From Candidatus Methylomirabilota bacterium (GTDB lineage: Bacteria; Methylomirabilota; Methylomirabilia; Rokubacteriales; CSP1-6), in NCBI GenBank assembly GCA_046726415.1, contig JBKPAK010000308.1:1-28823 (forward strand): a DNA stretch of 28,823 nt. The letters are read 5' to 3'. The notes beneath the pieces were generated by a model that worked only from the letters and a program-made list of their open reading frames with translations, did no database searches and had not been told where the DNA came from. This document shows, in pieces, positions 25,334-28,823 of the stretch; position 1 is the stretch's first letter; every line of letters begins with the position of its first letter. Both the position numbers and the translations under genes were made by a program.

Positions 25334-25383
25334 CGCGCGGTGGCGTCCGTCGGCCGGGGTCGCACGAGCCGATACGTGGCCAC
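25330..25383 (-). CDS. 17-aa upstream ORF coupled to the dedA-rhodanese gene
   Basis: GGGGAGG-N5-GTG; reads (M)ATYRLVRPRPTDATAR*; its TGA overlaps the dedA GTG (GTGA). Confidence 0.4.
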   Translation of the reverse strand: MATYRLVRPRPTDATAR

Positions 25384-25626
25384 GACAACCTCCCCGGTAA
25401 TGCGCCCAGTGTAGCCCCGCCCGGTCGACGAACAGGCGGCGCGGACCGACACTCCTGCTCGCGAAATAGCCTAAAAGTCGCGCCCCGCCACGCGGCGGCT
25501 CGTGGCGACACCGGGCGAAATCGTGGATGGACCAGGGGGCAGCGGGCCCGGGCTATCGCGTTTGGATGGCCGGACCCAATTCCCGGACGACCAGAAAGCG
25601 GTCGCTGATCGGGTGAGTCGCCGGGC

Positions 25627-26367
25627 CTAGAGGTAGCGGGTCGGCCACATGATCGTGCGCCACATGTGCGCCGACGGGCTTTCGTCGAAGCCCAGACCTT
25701 CCTCGGGCTGCCGGAAGTGCCGGCCCACGACGTCCGTGAACTCGTCCAGCTCCACCTGCACATTGGGGTCGAAGCTATAGAGGTCGTTCACGGTGAGGAG
25801 GCGGGCGGACATGTACCACCGGTGCTGCAGGGCGTACCGGTAGGCCCGCTCGACGTGGGGCTCGGGGCGGAAATCGGCACCGAACAGGCGGACATACGAG
25901 TCCGGGTAGCGATAGCCGACGGACTCGTCGGGGTAGAACCGCAGCACCTGATGGTAGCGGATAGCGAAGGTCACCTCTGGGTCCACGTAGGGCTCGACGA
26001 GCTGCGCGGCCCAGTACCCGTGGTCGGCGCGGATGAACCCGCTGGTGGCGATGTCGTGCACCAGGCAGGCCAGGACGATCTTCTCGTCGACGCCGTTCTT
26101 CTGCGCGAGGCGGGCGCTCTGCAGCATGTGGGCGGCCGGGCCGAACCTATATCGAAAGAAATCGAAAAGCGTGGGCCTCTCCGGCATGCGCGGCAGGCGC
26201 GGATCATGCCCCATCAGATAGAGCTTGCCCTGATCCTGCGGCCGCGGGAGCGGCGCGCGCGGATCGCGCTCTCCAGATGTGTAGATCGTCGACTTGACGA
26301 TGACGAGGCGTTCCAACTCCTCGATCGCGGCGTGGTCGGCGGCTTCGGCGCGCTGTAGGCTGTTCAT
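25627..26367 (-). CDS. HD-domain protein
   Basis: HMLQSA, LACLVHDI, DHG, IRYH and ND motifs. TTGACA (26402-26397), 17 nt, CATGAT, 6 nt, ATG supports this start. Confidence 0.85.
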   Translation of the reverse strand: MNSLQRAEAADHAAIEELERLVIVKSTIYTSGERDPRAPLPRPQDQGKLYLMGHDPRLPRMPERPTLFDFFRYRFGPAAHMLQSARLAQKNGVDEKIVLACLVHDIATSGFIRADHGYWAAQLVEPYVDPEVTFAIRYHQVLRFYPDESVGYRYPDSYVRLFGADFRPEPHVERAYRYALQHRWYMSARLLTVNDLYSFDPNVQVELDEFTDVVGRHFRQPEEGLGFDESPSAHMWRTIMWPTRYL

Positions 26368-26452
26368 CGAGTGATCATGGGCGGATGCGCTCTGGCTGTC
26401 AAGCAGTCCCGGGGGACCATCCCCTGATGAAGGCGCAGGAAAGGATCGACCG

Positions 26453-27475
26453 GTGAGGTGGGAACGCACGGTGACGGTGATCGGCTGCCACGTCGGCGGT
26501 GAGGAGAACGATGTGATCGTCGGTGGCGTGCTGCCGCCGCCGGGCGCGACCATGTTCGAGAAGAAGCGCTACCTCGAGACGCAAGGGGACGAGCTGCGGC
26601 GCTGGCTCCTGTTCGAGCCTCGGGGGAAGCCCACGCTCTGCGTCAATCTGGTGGTGCCGCCCACCCGCCCCGACTGCGACGCGGGAATGATCATCATGGA
26701 ATCGTCGGACTATCCGCCGATGTCCGGGTCGAACACCATCTGCACCGTCACCGTCCTCCTCGAGACGGGCATGGTGACGATGCGAGAGCCGGTGACGTCC
26801 CTCACCCTGGACACCCCCGCGGGCCCGGTTCCCGTCGAGGCGAGGTGCCGGGATGGCAAGGTGGAGCGGGTGCAGTTCACGAACGTCCCATGCTTCGCCA
26901 CGCATCTCGATGCCCTCGTCGAGGTCGAGGGCCTGGGCGCCATCTCGGTCGACGTGGCCTACGGCGGCGCCTTCTTCGCGATCGTCGATGCGCCGGCACT
27001 CGGCTTCGCGGTGGAGCCGAAGGAGGCGCGGGATCTCGTCGCCCTCGGGAGCCGGATCACCGCCGCCGCGGCCCAGCAGCTTCCCGTGCGCCATCCGGAG
27101 AATCCGGACATCCAGGGCGTGACCTTCACCGAGTTCGCCATGCCCTTCGCCGGCCCGGGGACGGTAAGCCGGAACGCCGTCATCGTCGCCCCGGGCCGCA
27201 TCGACCGCAGCCCCTGCGGCACCGGAACGTCGGCGCGACTGGCGGTGCTGCACGCGCGCGGGCAGCTCGCGCCGGGTCAGGGATTCATCCACGAGTCGAT
27301 CATCGGCTCGCGATTCGAGGCCGGGATCGTCAGCCCGACCACGGTGGGAGGACAGCCTGGTATCGTCTCCACCATTGCCGGGCGCGCGTGGATCACCGGC
27401 GTGTTTCAGCACGGCTTCGATCCGTCCGATCCGTTCCGGCGCGGCTATACGCTGCCCGACCTGTGGTTCGCCTGA
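26453..27475 (+). CDS. Proline racemase superfamily enzyme with a Ser/Cys catalytic pair
   Basis: LLFEPRG, PMSGSNTIC, VDVAYGG, DRSPCGTGT and HESIIGSRF motifs. Confidence 0.92.
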   Translation: MRWERTVTVIGCHVGGEENDVIVGGVLPPPGATMFEKKRYLETQGDELRRWLLFEPRGKPTLCVNLVVPPTRPDCDAGMIIMESSDYPPMSGSNTICTVTVLLETGMVTMREPVTSLTLDTPAGPVPVEARCRDGKVERVQFTNVPCFATHLDALVEVEGLGAISVDVAYGGAFFAIVDAPALGFAVEPKEARDLVALGSRITAAAAQQLPVRHPENPDIQGVTFTEFAMPFAGPGTVSRNAVIVAPGRIDRSPCGTGTSARLAVLHARGQLAPGQGFIHESIIGSRFEAGIVSPTTVGGQPGIVSTIAGRAWITGVFQHGFDPSDPFRRGYTLPDLWFA

Positions 27476-27546
27476 CCCCGCCGACGCGACGCCCGCGGGG
27501 CGGCGGCAGCCTGCAATGAGCCCGCCGCGGGCGCGAAAGCCTGAAG

Positions 27547-28095
27547 TCAGGGCGAACGCAGGCGGGCCGGCCTCCATCGTTCGACGAAGGCCTCCAGCGC
27601 CGGCAAATGCTCAGCATAGTGAGCGTACGTATTGTTCGCAAGCGCTCCGTCCACCGTATCGCCCAGGGCCCGCTCCAAAGAGCTGTCGGGAGCGAAGTCG
27701 GCCTCCGTGAGTTCTTCCACGATCCCGATCACGCAGCCACAGGAGCGCTCCCAGGCGGCCAGCGCTTCGACCCGCAGCAATGATGACCACGCGAACACCG
27801 CTCCGGCGTTGAACGCGCTGCTATCGTTCGGGTCGAGCGAGTTGCACGCGCTGCTATCGTTCGGGTCGAGCGCCAGGCGCTCGCCCCGCCGCCCTGCGGC
27901 GATCTCGGCGAGCGCCCTCTGCTGGTGGGCGACGAAATGGGCGAGCAGGTCGCGCACCGACCAGCGGCCGATAGCTTGTGGGTGAAGAAACAGCGACGGC
28001 GGAATGGCCTCCAGAATCATGGCCATCTTGTCCCGCGACGTCCTGAGTCGCGAGAGAAGCTCGCTCTTCCCGACATGTTCGGGTCGGCCCCTCAT
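27547..28095 (-). CDS. DinB/ClbS/DfsB-like four-helix bundle protein
   Basis: AAGGAG RBS; WSVRDLLAHF and NTYAHYAEH motifs. Confidence 0.78.
   Translation of the reverse strand: MRGRPEHVGKSELLSRLRTSRDKMAMILEAIPPSLFLHPQAIGRWSVRDLLAHFVAHQQRALAEIAAGRRGERLALDPNDSSACNSLDPNDSSAFNAGAVFAWSSLLRVEALAAWERSCGCVIGIVEELTEADFAPDSSLERALGDTVDGALANNTYAHYAEHLPALEAFVERWRPARLRSP
27808..27873. repeat. 33-bp in-frame tandem duplication
   Basis: 27808-27840 and 27841-27873 are 31/33 identical and encode LDPNDSSACNS-LDPNDSSAFNA. Confidence 0.92.
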
Positions 28096-28289
28096 CTATC
28101 GCACTCCTTCGGTCTCCAAGAGCTCAGAATACCCCCAGGCGGGCGAGCGGCCCGCTCGCGGTGGGCCCGGGGCGTCCGCCATGGAAGGCATTCGCCGTGC
28201 GAAGAAGGCTCTCTCGTGATATTGCGATCCTGGCGGCGCGCGCTGGTCGTGCTGGCGCCACCCCGCCACACCCGTGAACGGGAGGACAT

Positions 28290-28823
28290 ATGGGCACCTT
28301 CGCTGAACGACTCGGCGTCCTCGAGAAAGAATCGGTACGCCTCGAACGATACTTTCAGGCCTTGCCACGGGAGGCATGGGCGAAGCCAAGCGCATGCACC
28401 GAGTGGCAAGTCCAGGACGTCGTCGCTCACCTCGTTGGGGTGGCCGAATTCTACGCGGGCACCGTCGTCCGCGGCCTGCAGGGAGAGACGTCTCCGCCAG
28501 CCGGTCGAGCGCCGGCCGGAGCAAGTACTGGCGCCTCGGCGGCCGCGGGGATTGCTCAGCGTTCGATCGCGGCGCGGAAAAGCTTAGGTGATCAGCTGCT
28601 CGCCACCTTCGCCGCGACAAGCAATCGCCTGAACCAGACCCTGGGCGGCCTTAGTCCCGAGGAACGGCAGAAGCCGTGCTATCACCCCGGAGGCATCGTG
28701 GCGGCGCAGAATTTCATCGAGTTACGGCTCAAGGAGCTCGCCGTTCACGAATGGGACATCCGCAGTGCGCTGGAGCCTGAGGCGCGTCTCTCACCGGCCA
28801 GCTTCGCGGCGATTCTCGCGACG
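28290..28823 (+). CDS. Maleylpyruvate isomerase-family (MDMPI_N, DinB superfamily) protein, runs off the right edge
   Basis: Not in the ORF track. GGAGG-ACAT-ATG; MGTFAERL...WAKPSACTEWQVQDVVAHL...RLKELAVHEWDIR. Confidence 0.85.
   Translation, partial: MGTFAERLGVLEKESVRLERYFQALPREAWAKPSACTEWQVQDVVAHLVGVAEFYAGTVVRGLQGETSPPAGRAPAGASTGASAAAGIAQRSIAARKSLGDQLLATFAATSNRLNQTLGGLSPEERQKPCYHPGGIVAAQNFIELRLKELAVHEWDIRSALEPEARLSPASFAAILAT

Noticed and set aside
27476..27546. GC-rich inverted repeats between convergent genes as a terminator or REP copy
   Set aside because: Pairing is imperfect, there is no U-tract, and it does not align to the REP family.

Overview
High-GC bacterial chromosome segment. 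The intergenic repeat family resembles one I recall from Ca. Rokubacteria/Methylomirabilota, so the taxonomy is an inference. The left end (1-1444) is the edge of a decayed island: an rve/DDE transposase, a probable tyrosine-integrase scrap, a small secreted ORF, arm-like repeats, and a tRNA-Arg(CCG) of which only the 5' half is present, downstream of an intact tRNA-His. Next comes a mostly minus-strand core block: rfbD, an SDR, three exported hypotheticals, tRNA-Pro(TGG), a GDPD/PhoD relic, rdgB, rph, amiC, rfbA and rfbB. After that are a sigma54 response regulator, a REP-derived tandem array, a membrane-anchored sensor/HAMP-trehalose-6-P synthase fusion with a sigma54 promoter and palindromic enhancer, and a HAD/P-loop fusion. 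The right part holds PadR plus a CxxCH lipoprotein, paoABC-like genes, wrbA, a DedA-rhodanese whose in-frame UGA is very probably selenocysteine (CxU motif plus SECIS-like hairpin), an HD protein, a proline-racemase-family enzyme and two DinB-superfamily genes. The best leads are the selenoprotein, the sensor-TPS/sigma54 module, the split tRNA, and stop/start-coupled mini-ORFs (rfbA N-terminus copies, a translatable REP) placed in front of rfbA, rfbD and dedA. All assignments come from reading motifs by eye; no searches were run.
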